Made by a program: the position numbers and the translations under genes
DNA from: an uncultured Chloroflexia bacterium
GTDB lineage: Bacteria > Chloroflexota > Limnocylindria > Limnocylindrales > CSP1-4
Direction: 5' to 3'
DNA length: 64,000 nucleotides
NCBI GenBank assembly: GCA_963772995.1
Contig: CAVYZQ010000001.1
Coordinates: forward strand, 14,420 to 78,419
The notes under the pieces: generated by a model
Seen by the model: only the letters and a program-made list of their open reading frames with translations
Told to the model about the DNA's origin: nothing
Databases searched by the model: none
Shown here: in pieces, positions 44,499 through 57,075 of the stretch
Layout of the letters: every line of letters starts with the position of its first letter
Position numbering within the stretch: position 1 is the first letter of the stretch

Positions 44499-44568
44499 GG
44501 TGGCCGGATCGGCGCCCCCGGTCCGGCGGTGAGGGTGGCCGGATCGGCGGCCCCGGTCCGCCGGTGAG
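44496..44568. repeat. 34/35-nt tandem repeat (2.1 copies), each a GC hairpin, at the pcrA stop
   Basis: TGAGGTGGCCGGATCGGCGCCCCCGGTCCGGCGG / TGAGGGTGGCCGGATCGGCGGCCCCGGTCCGCCGG / TGAG. GCCGGATCGG pairs with CCGGTCCGGC. Confidence 0.6.
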
Positions 44569-44996
44569 TCGCGGATGCTCGCCCCATGTTCATCTCAGCA
44601 GCAACGCGTATGCGACCGAGCGACGCCACGTTCGGATGCGCGACATGTGCCGACCCGAGCGCCCCGCAATCGCGGCAGATGCTCAGCCAGTGTGCGATTC
44701 GGCGCCGAACACCGGCCAGACACGGTCCCGCCTCGTGCCTACGGCGCCCGCAAGGCCCCCGATGAACACCCAGCGTGCAACTGTCGGACGACCCTTCGCG
44801 CCTCGCCAACCTCGAGGTGATCGGCTGATTCAACGCGCCGGGATGCGCCCGCGAGGCGCCTGACCGGCACCGAACCGTGACCTGGGCGATACCCGGTGGT
44901 GCTGGACCTGGGGAGCGGGCCGGGGCAGGGTGGAACGACCGGCACGAGGCTTCGGCCCGCCGGAACCCCCTTTGACACCAACCCATGAGGTTTCCC

Positions 44997-45224
44997 ATGT
45001 TCGACAACGCCCGGATGCTCGATCTCATCGAGCGGGCGCTCGCCGCCGAGCCCTTCTGCGCGACCTGCGGCGCGCCCACCACCATCGAGCACGACGGCGG
45101 CCTCCTGTGGCTCGTCTGCTCCTCGACCCTGGAGCCCAGGACGCTCGCCCAGCGCCTGAGCGCCGTGTTCCTGCCCCACGAGCGTCATCTCGTCGCCGAC
45201 CTCGGCCAGTCCGTCGCCGCCTGA
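44997..45224 (+). CDS. Small hypothetical protein upstream of ligA
   Basis: GAGG 7 nt before the ATG, TTGACA at 44973. 75 aa, MFDNARMLDLIERALAAEPFCATCGAPTTIEHDGGLLWLVCSS. No family recognised. Confidence 0.4.
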   Translation: MFDNARMLDLIERALAAEPFCATCGAPTTIEHDGGLLWLVCSSTLEPRTLAQRLSAVFLPHERHLVADLGQSVAA

Positions 45225-47998
<2,774 letters not shown>

Positions 47999-48056
47999 CG
48001 GCGTCGGCTGAGGCGTGGCGTCGGCGCGGCGTCGGCGTCCCCTGGCCTGGGTCGTG

Positions 48057-48567
48057 CTACGGGCGTCGTCGCGCGTAGCGCTCCATGAGATCGACGACGG
48101 CAACGCGGGCCGCCGCCCACTCGGGCTGATCGCCGACGATCACGCCGTCCTGCCCCCATCGGCGGAGCTGGATCATCGCCATGACGATCTCATCGTGGGC
48201 AAGCATGCGCGCGCGGCCCGCATCGACCTGGCCTGTCACCAGGTACCGCCGGACGGTGTCGAAGGGCGCCATCCACCGGCCGATCCGGATCCGGTCGCCC
48301 TCGCGCAGCGATTCGAGCCAATCGTCGTCGCCGCACGGGGTGGCGATCGTGCTCCGCCTGATGGCGAACGAGATCGACCCGCACACCGCCACGGCTCAGG
48401 CCCGGGAGGCGCCCATCGTCATCCACGGTCCGATAGCAGACAGGGCATGACGGAAGCCGCGCATCGGACCTGGGCGGGGCGCCGTAAGGAAGCCCGCAGC
48501 GGCGGCAGAAGGCCGCCCATTCGTGGCCGGCCGAGGTCCCGCACTGAAGGCACGCCGTCTCGATCAC
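48057..48567 (-). CDS. Hypothetical protein with N-terminal double-CxxC zinc ribbon (one apparent frameshift near 48385)
   Basis: MIETACLQCG..FCRRCG..SCPVCYRT, then DDDWLESLREGDRIRIGRWMAPFDTVRRYLVTG in a second frame. Confidence 0.45.
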
Positions 48568-48769
48568 TGGTCAGAGCGCGGGCAGAGGGTGGCGACGGGG
48601 CTCGACCCACCCGGCGACGGGCGAAAGAGGCCGACAGTCGCGTCGGACCTCGGCGGGTCCGCTCATGCGACGGCGTGCGCGGGCGATGAGCGGCCACATA
48701 GGATCGAGCACGGCTCCTGGGGGTCCGGGGTTCGACCTCATCCTCGCCGCCCGCAGCCGTCCGGCCAAT

Positions 48770-48805
48770 GGCCCGTTCGGGGCGCCCGGCCCCGCCGAAC
48801 GGGCC
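48770..48805 (-). terminator. Hairpin downstream of the GNAT gene
   Basis: GGCCCGTTCGG...CCGAACGGGCC, an 11-bp stem 16 nt after the stop at 48821. Confidence 0.5.
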
Positions 48806-48820
48806 ATCTTCGGGCTTCTT

Positions 48821-49663
48821 TCAGCCCTTGGCGTGGTTGAACTGGCCCCAGATCGCCGTTGGATCCCAGTCGAGCGGCTCCCCACGGATCAGCCGGGGGG
48901 CGTGCCACGCCTCGGTCCAGCCGGCCGCCTCGAGCATCGCGAGGCCCGCGAGGTTCTCGCCGAGGAGTCCGGCGCGGACACGCCCGGTCGCGGGTTGCGC
49001 GACACGTCGCGCGTGAAGGATCGCCATCGCGTCCTCTGGGTCGGGAACGATCGTGGCTCCGCCGCCCCACGGCGCCCGAACGACGAAGCCGCGAACGCTC
49101 CCGAGCGGATCCACCAGGCAGCGCGCCGATGCCGGGGTGGCGAATGCCGCCAGCAGATGTTCCCGATCCTCGCCAGTCGCCGCCTGATCGAGCGCCGCCA
49201 TCGCCGGAAGGTCGTCGGGGTCGAAAGGGCGGATCCGCGAGTCCGGTGCGCCTCCCTCGGGTCCGAGGCCTGGCGCCTCCACGATCCGGTACTCGGTCTG
49301 CACCGTGAACCCCATCCGCTCGTAGAGCGGCCGGCCGGCGGCCGTCGCGACGAGCAACAGGGTTCGGCAACCGGCAACCTCCGCCGCATCGATCGCGGCC
49401 TGGGTCAGCGCGAGGCCGAGGCCGCGCCGGCGATATGACGGCTCGACCCAGACCGTGCCGATCCACGCGGCCAGGCCGTTGATCGTCGCTACACCGGTGC
49501 CCACGATCGCACCGTCCGAGTCTGCGACGAATGCCCGGCACCCCGGGTGCGACGTCGAGAACGCGAGTTGCAGATCCCGGTTACCGAAATCGCCAAGCAG
49601 CATCGCCGCGCTCGCGGGTTCGACGTCCGCTGGAGTCATCGGCCGGATCACGGGCGGGCCCAT
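48821..49663 (-). CDS. GNAT acetyltransferase with YitH-like C-terminal domain
   Basis: Intact ORF. IGTVWVEPSYRRRGLGLALTQAAI, LLVATAAGRPLYERMGF. Confidence 0.8.
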   Translation of the reverse strand: MGPPVIRPMTPADVEPASAAMLLGDFGNRDLQLAFSTSHPGCRAFVADSDGAIVGTGVATINGLAAWIGTVWVEPSYRRRGLGLALTQAAIDAAEVAGCRTLLLVATAAGRPLYERMGFTVQTEYRIVEAPGLGPEGGAPDSRIRPFDPDDLPAMAALDQAATGEDREHLLAAFATPASARCLVDPLGSVRGFVVRAPWGGGATIVPDPEDAMAILHARRVAQPATGRVRAGLLGENLAGLAMLEAAGWTEAWHAPRLIRGEPLDWDPTAIWGQFNHAKG

Positions 49664-49718
49664 CGACCGATCGTAGCGGGCGGGCCGCGTCGCAGCGGCG
49701 CGCCCCGCGTGCTCGGGG

Positions 49719-50348
49719 CTAGCCCGCCGCGGCGCCGAGCCTCCCGACCGCCACGAGCCGCCCGTCGATCGATGTCGCGACGAGCGCACAGCCCTGCCCG
49801 AGCTCCGGCGGCGCGATGGCCCGGCCGTCCCGATCGACGACGACACGAGGGAGGACGAAGCGATACAACGACCCGTGCCCGATCGCGACGACCGTGTCGA
49901 CCGTGTCGACCGCACCGTCACCGGGTGCCACGGACCGAAGCCACGGCACGAACCGGCCGAGGAGGTCGTCGAGGGACTCTCCGCCGTCGATCCGCGCCCC
50001 GTGGTCACCGGCCGCCCACGACGCCTGGACCTGGTCATGGGCAAGCCAGGCCACCGAGTCCGACCGCCCCTCCATGACCCCGCAGTCGGCCTCCCGGAGC
50101 GCGCCCGTGACCTCGATCTCGCCGCCGATCCGTGCCCGAACCACCTCGGCGGTCTCGACGGCGCGGCGGAGGGGGCTCGAGACGATCCTGATCCCAGCCG
50201 GGTCGCCGATCTCGGCAACGAGCAGCTCGGCCAGCGCGACCGCCTGTCGCCGGCCCCGGTCGGTCAGAGGGTGCGACCAGCCGCGATCGGCGATCACCCG
50301 GCCGACGTTGGCCTCGCTCTCGCCGTGGCGAGCGAAGTACAGTCGCAT
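49719..50348 (-). CDS. Histidine phosphatase (phosphoglycerate mutase-like) family protein
   Basis: MRLYFARHGESEANV (RHG motif), SSPLRRAVETAE, IGHGS. Alternative ATG at 50360. Confidence 0.8.
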   Translation of the reverse strand: MRLYFARHGESEANVGRVIADRGWSHPLTDRGRRQAVALAELLVAEIGDPAGIRIVSSPLRRAVETAEVVRARIGGEIEVTGALREADCGVMEGRSDSVAWLAHDQVQASWAAGDHGARIDGGESLDDLLGRFVPWLRSVAPGDGAVDTVDTVVAIGHGSLYRFVLPRVVVDRDGRAIAPPELGQGCALVATSIDGRLVAVGRLGAAAG

Positions 50349-50366
50349 CGCCGGTATCATCGCGCT

Positions 50367-50663
50367 GTGACCGCGCTGACACGTGGCGACGTCGAGCACG
50401 TCGCCCACCTGGCTCGCCTCGGCCTGACCGACGAGGAACTGACCCGACTCGAGGGCCAGCTGAACCACATCCTCGACCAGTACGCGATCCTCGCCGAGCT
50501 GCCGACCGACGACATCCCGCCGACGGCCCAGACCATCGAGCTCGAGAACATCCTCCGCGACGACGTGGTCCGTCCATCGCTGTCCCGCGAGGCTGTCCTG
50601 GCCAATGCGCCGGCCACGCAGGGCGACTACATCGTCGTCCCGGCCATCCTCGACGAGCGCTGA
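50367..50663 (+). CDS. gatC: Glu/Asp-tRNA amidotransferase subunit C
   Basis: GTG start. VEHVAHLARLGLTDEELTRLEGQLNHILDQYAILAEL. Confidence 0.9.
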   Translation: MTALTRGDVEHVAHLARLGLTDEELTRLEGQLNHILDQYAILAELPTDDIPPTAQTIELENILRDDVVRPSLSREAVLANAPATQGDYIVVPAILDER

Positions 50664-50669
50664 GGCCCG

Positions 50670-52261
50670 ATGACCGACGTCACACGGCTCCATGCTCACG
50701 AGATGGCCGCGCTCCTGCGCTCGGGCGACGCCTCGGCGCGAGAGCTGGCGTCCGCCCACCTCGACGCCGCCGAGCGCGACAACCACGGGCTCAACGCCTG
50801 GCTGAGCATCGACCGGGACCGCGCGCTCGTCGAGGCCGACGCGGCCGATGCCCGCCTCGCGGCCGCCCGGCGTGATGGGGCCCATGCGCTCGACCTGCTG
50901 CGGCCTCTGCTCGGCATCCCGGTCGCGCTCAAGGACCTCGTGTCGGTGGCCGGCGGGCAGTGCACGGCTGGCTCACGGATCCTCGAGGGCTACCGCGCGC
51001 CCTACGACGCGCACATCACCGAGCGCCTCCGCGAAGCCGGCGCGGTCATCCTCGGCAAGACGAACATGGACGAGTTCGCGATGGGCTCCTCCACCGAGCA
51101 TTCCGCGTACGGCCCGACGGCCAATCCCTGGGCGCTCGAGCGCGTGCCCGGGCGGCAGCAGCGGCGGCTCGGCGGCGGCCGTAGCGGCGTTCAACACGCC
51201 CCCTCGCGCTCGGCACGGACACCGGTGGCTCGATCCGCCAGCCCGCGGCGTTGTGCGGCATCGTCGGGATGAAGCCGACCTACGGGCGTGTCAGCCGGTA
51301 CGGCATCGTGGCGTTCGCGAGCTCTCTCGATCAGATCGGGCCGTTCGCGCGTGACGCGCGCGACGCGGCGGCGCTGCTGCACGCGGTTGCGGGTCGCGAC
51401 GAGCGCGATTCGACCTCGTCGCCGGAGCCTGTGCCTGCCACGCTCACGGCCCTGCCTCACGACGACGACGAGGCGGCGGCCTCGATCCGTGGCAAGCGGC
51501 TGGGCCTTCCCCGCGAGTATTTCGTGGCCGGTATGGAACCCGGTGTCGAGGCGAGCGTGCGCCAGGCGGTGCGCGCGCTCGAGGCGGCCGGCGCCATCGT
51601 CGAGGAGGTCAGCCTGCCGCACACGGCCTACGGCCTTGCCACCTACTACATCGTCGCCCCCGCCGAGGCGTCGGCGAACCTCGCGCGCTACGACGGGATC
51701 CGCTACGGGCCGGCGGCGACCGACGGAGACGTCCTGGCGAACTATCTGGCGACGCGCGGACGCGGCTTCGGGGCCGAGGTGAAGCGCCGGATCATGCTCG
51801 GGACGTACGCCCTGTCGGCCGGCTACTACGACGCCTACTACCTGAAGGCCCAGAAGGTCCGAACCCTCATCAAGGGCGACTTCGATGCACTCTGGGCGGC
51901 GGGCTTCGATGCGCTGGTCGCGCCGACCTCGCCGACGGTCGCCTTCCGCTTCGGTGACCGGCTCGCCGACCCCGTGTCGATGTACCTGTCGGACGCGTGC
52001 ACGCTGCCTGCGAACATGGCCGGACTGCCCGGCGTCTCGATCCCGTGCGGACTGTCCGAGGGCCTGCCGGTGGGGCTCCAGTTCATCGGCGCGCCCTGGT
52101 CGGAGGCGTCGTTGCTCGGGCTCGCCCGCGGCTACGAGGCGATGACCGCCGGTGCCGAGTGGCGGGACCTCGAGCCAACCGCGCTCGCCGATGCCGCCGA
52201 TCCTGGCGCACCGACGCCGGCCGAGCGAATGGCCGCGATGGTCGGCACCATCTCCCACTGA
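50670..52261 (+). CDS. gatA: Glu/Asp-tRNA amidotransferase subunit A (two apparent frameshifts, near 51150 in a G-run and 51200 in a C-run)
   Basis: [53 protein letters not shown]. Amidase signature spread over three frames. Confidence 0.9.
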
Positions 52262-52374
52262 CCGCGCAGGGATCAGTGTCGACTTGCGGCGCGAGGACTC
52301 TGCGCCGAGTCGCCGGGCGAGAAACCGCGCTGAACTGACCGACCAGGGACCTTGTCCGTCGTTCGCTCGCTTCT

Positions 52375-52399
52375 CCATGTGCTACCATGTCGCACATGG
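52375..52399 (+). promoter_or_regulatory. Inverted repeat CCATGTGC-N9-GCACATGG over the vapB -10 and start, probable antitoxin operator
   Basis: Perfect 8-bp arms. TACCAT (52383-52388) sits in the spacer. ATG at 52396 lies in the right arm. Confidence 0.5.
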
Positions 52400-52659
52400 A
52401 GCGCATCGGCGTCCGTGAGCTCCGGCGCGACGCGAGCGCCATCCTTCGACGGGTCGCTGCAGGCGAAACCGTTGAGGTGACCGACCGGGGGCGGCCGGTT
52501 GCCGTCCTTTTGCCCTCGATGCCGACCGGCTTGACCCGCCTCGAGCGCGAGGGCCTCCTGCGTCGAGCGGACGCAGACCTTCTTGACCTCCAGCCCGTCC
52601 GGCTCCCATCCGATGCCACACCGCCATCGCGACTCGTGTCTGAGGGTCGCGCCGATTGA
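52396..52659 (+). CDS. vapB: Phd/YefM-type antitoxin
   Basis: MERIGVRELRRDASAILRRVAAGETVEVTDRGRPVAVLLP. Alternative ATG at 52387. Confidence 0.75.
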   Translation: MERIGVRELRRDASAILRRVAAGETVEVTDRGRPVAVLLPSMPTGLTRLEREGLLRRADADLLDLQPVRLPSDATPPSRLVSEGRAD

Positions 52660-53052
52660 GCGCGCTCTACCTCGATAGCTCGGCGTTCGTGAAGCTCGTC
52701 GTCGAAGAGGAGGAGTCCACCGCCGTCCGGACCTTCCTGGCGGAACGGGTTGCGCGCCGGGTCTCGTCGGCCCTGCTCCGGACGGAATTCTCTTCGAGCC
52801 GTGCGCTACCTTGGCCCGGATGCCCTGGCGACGGTCCGGGAGGGCCTGCGACGAGTCGACCTCGTCGCGATCGATGGTCGGATCCTCGACGCGGCGGGCA
52901 CCCTGGCGCCGCAGGTGCTCAGAACGCTGGATGCCATCCATCTCGCGACCGCCGTGGCGATGGGCGACGATCTCGACGCGATCGTGACGTACGACGACCG
53001 GATGGTCGATGCCGCCCGGGTCATGGGGCTGCCGACGGCGACACCCCGCTAG
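52656..53052 (+). CDS. vapC: PIN-domain toxin VapC (one apparent frameshift near 52790)
   Basis: TTG overlapping the antitoxin stop. LYLDSSAFVKL, TLDAIHLATA, VTYDDRM. Confidence 0.75.
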
Positions 53053-53145
53053 GCGCACGCGGGACCCACGTCCCGGGGCTTCGGGCGGCTCGGCACTCGC
53101 CGTCCGCGGCCAGAGTGGCGGACGATGCTTGGCCGGAGGTGATAC

Positions 53146-53961
53146 ATGCGTGTTCGCAACGTGGCCGTCGGCGTGATCATCGGAACGACGATGGGCGCCG
53201 GGATCTCAAGGGGACTTCGGTGGTGGCAGACCTGGGGAGTCGATCCCGCGGTGTCGGCGAAGACGCTTCCCGGTGACGAGCTCATCCCGGTCCCGGGCGC
53301 CGAGGAGACGCGCACGATCACGGTCGACGCGCCGCCCGAGGCGATCTGGCCGTGGCTCGTCCAGATGGGCTACGGACGGGCCGGCTGGTACAGCTACGAC
53401 GCCGTCGACATGCGCGGCAAGAGCGCCCACCGGATCGTCCCGGGCTGGCAGTCGCTCGGGGTGGGCGACGTCGTGCCGCACAGCCCGGGTGGCGGTTTCG
53501 AGGTCCGTGTCCTCGAACCAGGCCGGGCGATCGGGCTGTACAACGACACGGCCGTCATGGAGCACCAGGCTGCGGCCGGGACCGCGCCCGGCGTCGGAAC
53601 CGAAGCCACCCCGGCGGGCCTCGCGGCGTCCGGCAGGCTCCTGTCGACCATGCCGAATGACTTCGCAGCGAGCTGGGTCTTCGTGCTCGAGCCGATCGAC
53701 GGCGGCCGCACGCGTCTCATCGAGCGATTCCGGCTGCGCGTCGGTGCGGCCGGTCCGAGCTTCAGGGTCGCGGGCCCGTTGATCCGGTTCGGCCTCTTCG
53801 TGATGCTCCAGCGCCAGATGCTGGGCATCAAGGAACGCGCCGAACGGACGGCCGTGGTCACCGTCCCGATGTCTCCTCAGCCCGAGCGACCGGCGGCGCA
53901 GAACGGACACGACCCCGCCACCGATGCCCCGACCGAGCTGCTCGCGGCGCCGGCCGGCTGA
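53146..53961 (+). CDS. SRPBCC (START/polyketide-cyclase-like) family protein with N-terminal TM
   Basis: Intact ORF. TITVDAPPEAIWPWLVQMGYGRAGWYSYD, WVFVLEPIDGGRTRLIERFR. Confidence 0.6.
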   Translation: MRVRNVAVGVIIGTTMGAGISRGLRWWQTWGVDPAVSAKTLPGDELIPVPGAEETRTITVDAPPEAIWPWLVQMGYGRAGWYSYDAVDMRGKSAHRIVPGWQSLGVGDVVPHSPGGGFEVRVLEPGRAIGLYNDTAVMEHQAAAGTAPGVGTEATPAGLAASGRLLSTMPNDFAASWVFVLEPIDGGRTRLIERFRLRVGAAGPSFRVAGPLIRFGLFVMLQRQMLGIKERAERTAVVTVPMSPQPERPAAQNGHDPATDAPTELLAAPAG

Positions 53962-54018
53962 CCGAACCGCTCGATCCAGGCGGGTGGTCCGCGGGGACTC
54001 GATGCCGTAGGCTTGCCG

Positions 54019-55248
54019 ATGATGGCAACCGTGCCGACCGACACGAGTTCCCGCGTCCCGCTCGCCGAGCGCGCTCTCGCCGAGCGCGTCCGGGTCGTCC
54101 CGCCATCGGGGATTCGCCGGTTCTTCGACATCCTCGCGACGATGGACGACGTCATCAGCCTCGGCGTCGGTGAGCCGGACTTCGATACACCGAGGGTCAT
54201 CGTCGAGGCCGGCGTCGAAAGCCTCAGGGAAGGCCGAACGCACTACACCTCCAATTTCGGGACGGTGGAGTTGCGGCGGGCCCTGTCGGACCATCTGGAT
54301 CGCCGATACGGGGTGCGATACGACCCGGCCAACGAGTTGCTGATCACGGTCGGCGCCTCCGAGGCGGTCGATCTCGCGCTCCGGGCGACGTGCGACCCGG
54401 GCGACGAGGTCATCCTCCACGAACCGTCGTACGTCGCCTATGTCCCGGCGATCGTGTTCGCCGGGGGCGTGGTCCGTCACGTCGCGACCCGGTTCGAAGA
54501 CGATTTCGCGCTGGATCCGGCCGCGGTGGAAGCCGCGGTCACGCCGCGAACGAAGGCACTGTTCCTCGGCTATCCGTGCAACCCGACCGGGGCCGTGCTG
54601 CCCGACGCGGTCCAGGATGCCTTGGCCGATATCGCGGTCCGGCACGACCTGCTCGTCTACAGCGACGAGATCTACGACCGGCTGGCCTACGGGACCTACC
54701 GGCATCGGGCGATCAGTGCGCTCGAAGGGATGCGCGATCGGACGATCCTCATGGGCGGGTTCTCGAAGGCCTACGCGATGACCGGCTGGCGCGTCGGATA
54801 CGTCGCTGCGCCGGCCGGGATCCTCGAGGGCCTGGTCAAGGTGCACCAGTACGGGATCATGTCGGCGCCCACGACCGCGCAGGACGCGGCGCTTGCGGCG
54901 ATCCTCGAGGGTGAGGCCGAGGTCGAGCGCATGCGCACCGAATACGATCGCCGCCGGCGCCTGTTGGTGGACGGGCTCAACGCGCTCGGGCTCGATACCT
55001 TCGAGCCACGCGGCGCGTTCTACGCGTTCCCGCGCATCGGCTCGACGGGCCTCACCGACGACGAGTTCACCGAACGGCTCCTGCTCGAGGAGCGGGTCGC
55101 CGTCGTCCCGGGCAGCGCGTTCGGACCGTCGGGCGCCGGGCATGTCCGGATGTGCTACGCGACCGCCTACGACCGGCTCGAAGAGGCGCTGGTGCGGATC
55201 GGGCGTTTTGTCGAGCGAGTCCGCGCGGAGGCAGGCGCGACGTCGTAG
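54019..55248 (+). CDS. Class I/II PLP-dependent aminotransferase (AspC-like)
   Basis: Intact ORF. PSGIRRFFD, GVGEPDF, YPCNPTG, SDEIYDRL, FSKAYAMTGWRVGY (PLP lysine). Confidence 0.85.
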   Translation: MMATVPTDTSSRVPLAERALAERVRVVPPSGIRRFFDILATMDDVISLGVGEPDFDTPRVIVEAGVESLREGRTHYTSNFGTVELRRALSDHLDRRYGVRYDPANELLITVGASEAVDLALRATCDPGDEVILHEPSYVAYVPAIVFAGGVVRHVATRFEDDFALDPAAVEAAVTPRTKALFLGYPCNPTGAVLPDAVQDALADIAVRHDLLVYSDEIYDRLAYGTYRHRAISALEGMRDRTILMGGFSKAYAMTGWRVGYVAAPAGILEGLVKVHQYGIMSAPTTAQDAALAAILEGEAEVERMRTEYDRRRRLLVDGLNALGLDTFEPRGAFYAFPRIGSTGLTDDEFTERLLLEERVAVVPGSAFGPSGAGHVRMCYATAYDRLEEALVRIGRFVERVRAEAGATS

Positions 55249-55251
55249 TCC

Positions 55252-55476
55252 GTGACCGCCCGAATCGCCCAACGGCGATCGCCGAGCGGTACTCCGCGCC
55301 GACGGCGCGCCATCCGCGCCCCGACCACGGCGACCCGGACGGGCTCCTCTGCACCCGTCACCGCCCGAATCGCCCAACGGCGATCGCCGAGACACGGTGC
55401 TCCGCGCCGACCGCCCGCCCGCGACCTCCCGAATCGCCCAACGGCGATCGTCGCAGAGACGGCGCTCCGCGCCGAC
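55252..55476. repeat. Three copies of a ~52-55-nt hairpin repeat between the aminotransferase and gatB
   Basis: CCCGAATCGCCCAACGGCGATCG at 55258, 55363 and 55428, each followed by CTCCGCGCCGAC. ATCGCC-CAAC-GGCGAT stem-loop. Confidence 0.65.
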
Positions 55477-55554
55477 ATGGACGCATGGCGACGCCGACCC
55501 GTATGCGAAACTACCGCGGATGAACATCCCGATCCTTGCCGCGGGGCGGCGGAC

Positions 55555-57063
55555 GTGACCACGCCCGCGACAGCCGCGACCTCACCATCGCCCGTGGCCG
55601 CCGCCTCGTCGCCCCTCGATCGCTACGAGGCGGTCATCGGAATCGAGGTCCACTGCCAGCTGCGCACGGCCTCGAAGATGTTCTGCGGCTGCTCGACCAC
55701 GTACGACGGCGCCCCACCCAACACGCAGGTCTGCCCGGTCTGCCTTGGACTGCCCGGTGCGCTGCCGACGATCAACAAGACGGCCGTCGAGCACGTCCTC
55801 CTGACCGGCGCCGCGATCGAGGCGACGGCCCCCGCGGCGACCCGCTGGGACCGCAAGAACTACTTCTACCCGGATCTCCCGAAGGGCTACCAGATCAGCC
55901 AGTACGACCTGCCGCTCGCGTCGCGCGGCCGGCTGGCCTTCGACACCTCGGACGGTCCGTTCACGGTCACGATCACCCGGGCCCACCTCGAAGAGGACAC
56001 CGCGAAGCTCGTCCACGGCACCGACGACCTGGGCCGCAAGGTGAGCCTCGTCGACTTCAATCGATCGGGCGCCCCGCTCATGGAGATCGTGACCGAGCCC
56101 GACATCCGGACCGCCGAGCAGGCCCGCCGCTACGCCGAGGAGCTCCAGCTGCTTCTTCGCTCGATCGGCGTGTCGGACGCGGACATGGAGCGGGGGCAGA
56201 TGCGGGTCGAGGCGAACGTGTCGCTCCGTCGCCGCGGGACCGAGGCGTTCGGGACCCGAGTCGAAGTCAAGAACATGAACTCGTTCCGCGCCGTCGAGCG
56301 GGCGACGGCGTTCGAGATCGAGCGCCAGGCGCAGATGCTGGACGCGGGTGAGCCGCTGGTCCAGGAGACGCGGGGCTGGTCCGAGGAGCGCGGCGAGACG
56401 TACCGCATGCGTGTCAAGGAGACGTCCGACGACTACCGCTACTTCCCGGAGCCCGACCTGCCGCCGCTCCATCTCGATTCGGCATGGCTGGCCGGGATCC
56501 ACGCCCGACTCCCTGAGCTGCCGGGCGCCCGCCGCGCGCGCTACCGCGATGCATTCGGTCTCAGCGCCTACGACGCGGAGGTCCTGGTCGCCGATCCGGA
56601 GGCGTCGACCCTCTTCGAGGCGACCCTCGCGGCAGATCCGACGCTGGAGCCGAAGCCCGTCGCAAACTGGGTCACAGGCGAGTTCCTGCGCCTGCGCAAC
56701 GCGGCAGCGGCCACGATCGCCGTCTCGCCCGTCGAGCTTGCCGCCATCATCGGTGTGGTCCGGGACGGCTCGGTGACACGAGCGCAGGGGCGCGAGGTCC
56801 TCGAGGAGCACGCGCGGACCGGTTCGTCGGCGTCGGACATCGTCGCGGCGCGCGGCTTCCGCCAGATCTCCGACCGGAGCGCCCTCGACGCCGCCGTGGA
56901 TTCGGTCCTCGCGGCCAATCCGGCCGCCGTCGCCGACTTCCGGGCGGGCAAGGCGCAGGCCGTCGGGTTCCTCATCGGCCAGGTCATGAAGGCCACCGGG
57001 GGCCAGGCGAACGCCGCGCTCGTCGGGGCGACTGTCCGGGAACGTCTCGACGCAGGACACTGA
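55555..57063 (+). CDS. gatB: Glu/Asp-tRNA amidotransferase subunit B
   Basis: GTG start. YEAVIGIEVHCQL, KMFCGC, NYFYPDLPKGYQISQ, HLEEDTAKL, DFNRSGAPLMEIV, YFPEPDLPP. Confidence 0.95.
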   Translation: MTTPATAATSPSPVAAASSPLDRYEAVIGIEVHCQLRTASKMFCGCSTTYDGAPPNTQVCPVCLGLPGALPTINKTAVEHVLLTGAAIEATAPAATRWDRKNYFYPDLPKGYQISQYDLPLASRGRLAFDTSDGPFTVTITRAHLEEDTAKLVHGTDDLGRKVSLVDFNRSGAPLMEIVTEPDIRTAEQARRYAEELQLLLRSIGVSDADMERGQMRVEANVSLRRRGTEAFGTRVEVKNMNSFRAVERATAFEIERQAQMLDAGEPLVQETRGWSEERGETYRMRVKETSDDYRYFPEPDLPPLHLDSAWLAGIHARLPELPGARRARYRDAFGLSAYDAEVLVADPEASTLFEATLAADPTLEPKPVANWVTGEFLRLRNAAAATIAVSPVELAAIIGVVRDGSVTRAQGREVLEEHARTGSSASDIVAARGFRQISDRSALDAAVDSVLAANPAAVADFRAGKAQAVGFLIGQVMKATGGQANAALVGATVRERLDAGH

Positions 57064-57075
57064 CGGAGGATCGAG

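Noticed and set aside
48725-48745. tRNA T-loop-like GGGGTTCGACC (also GGTTCGACGG at 9761)
   Set aside because: No complementary T-stem, acceptor stem or anticodon arm can be formed around either site.
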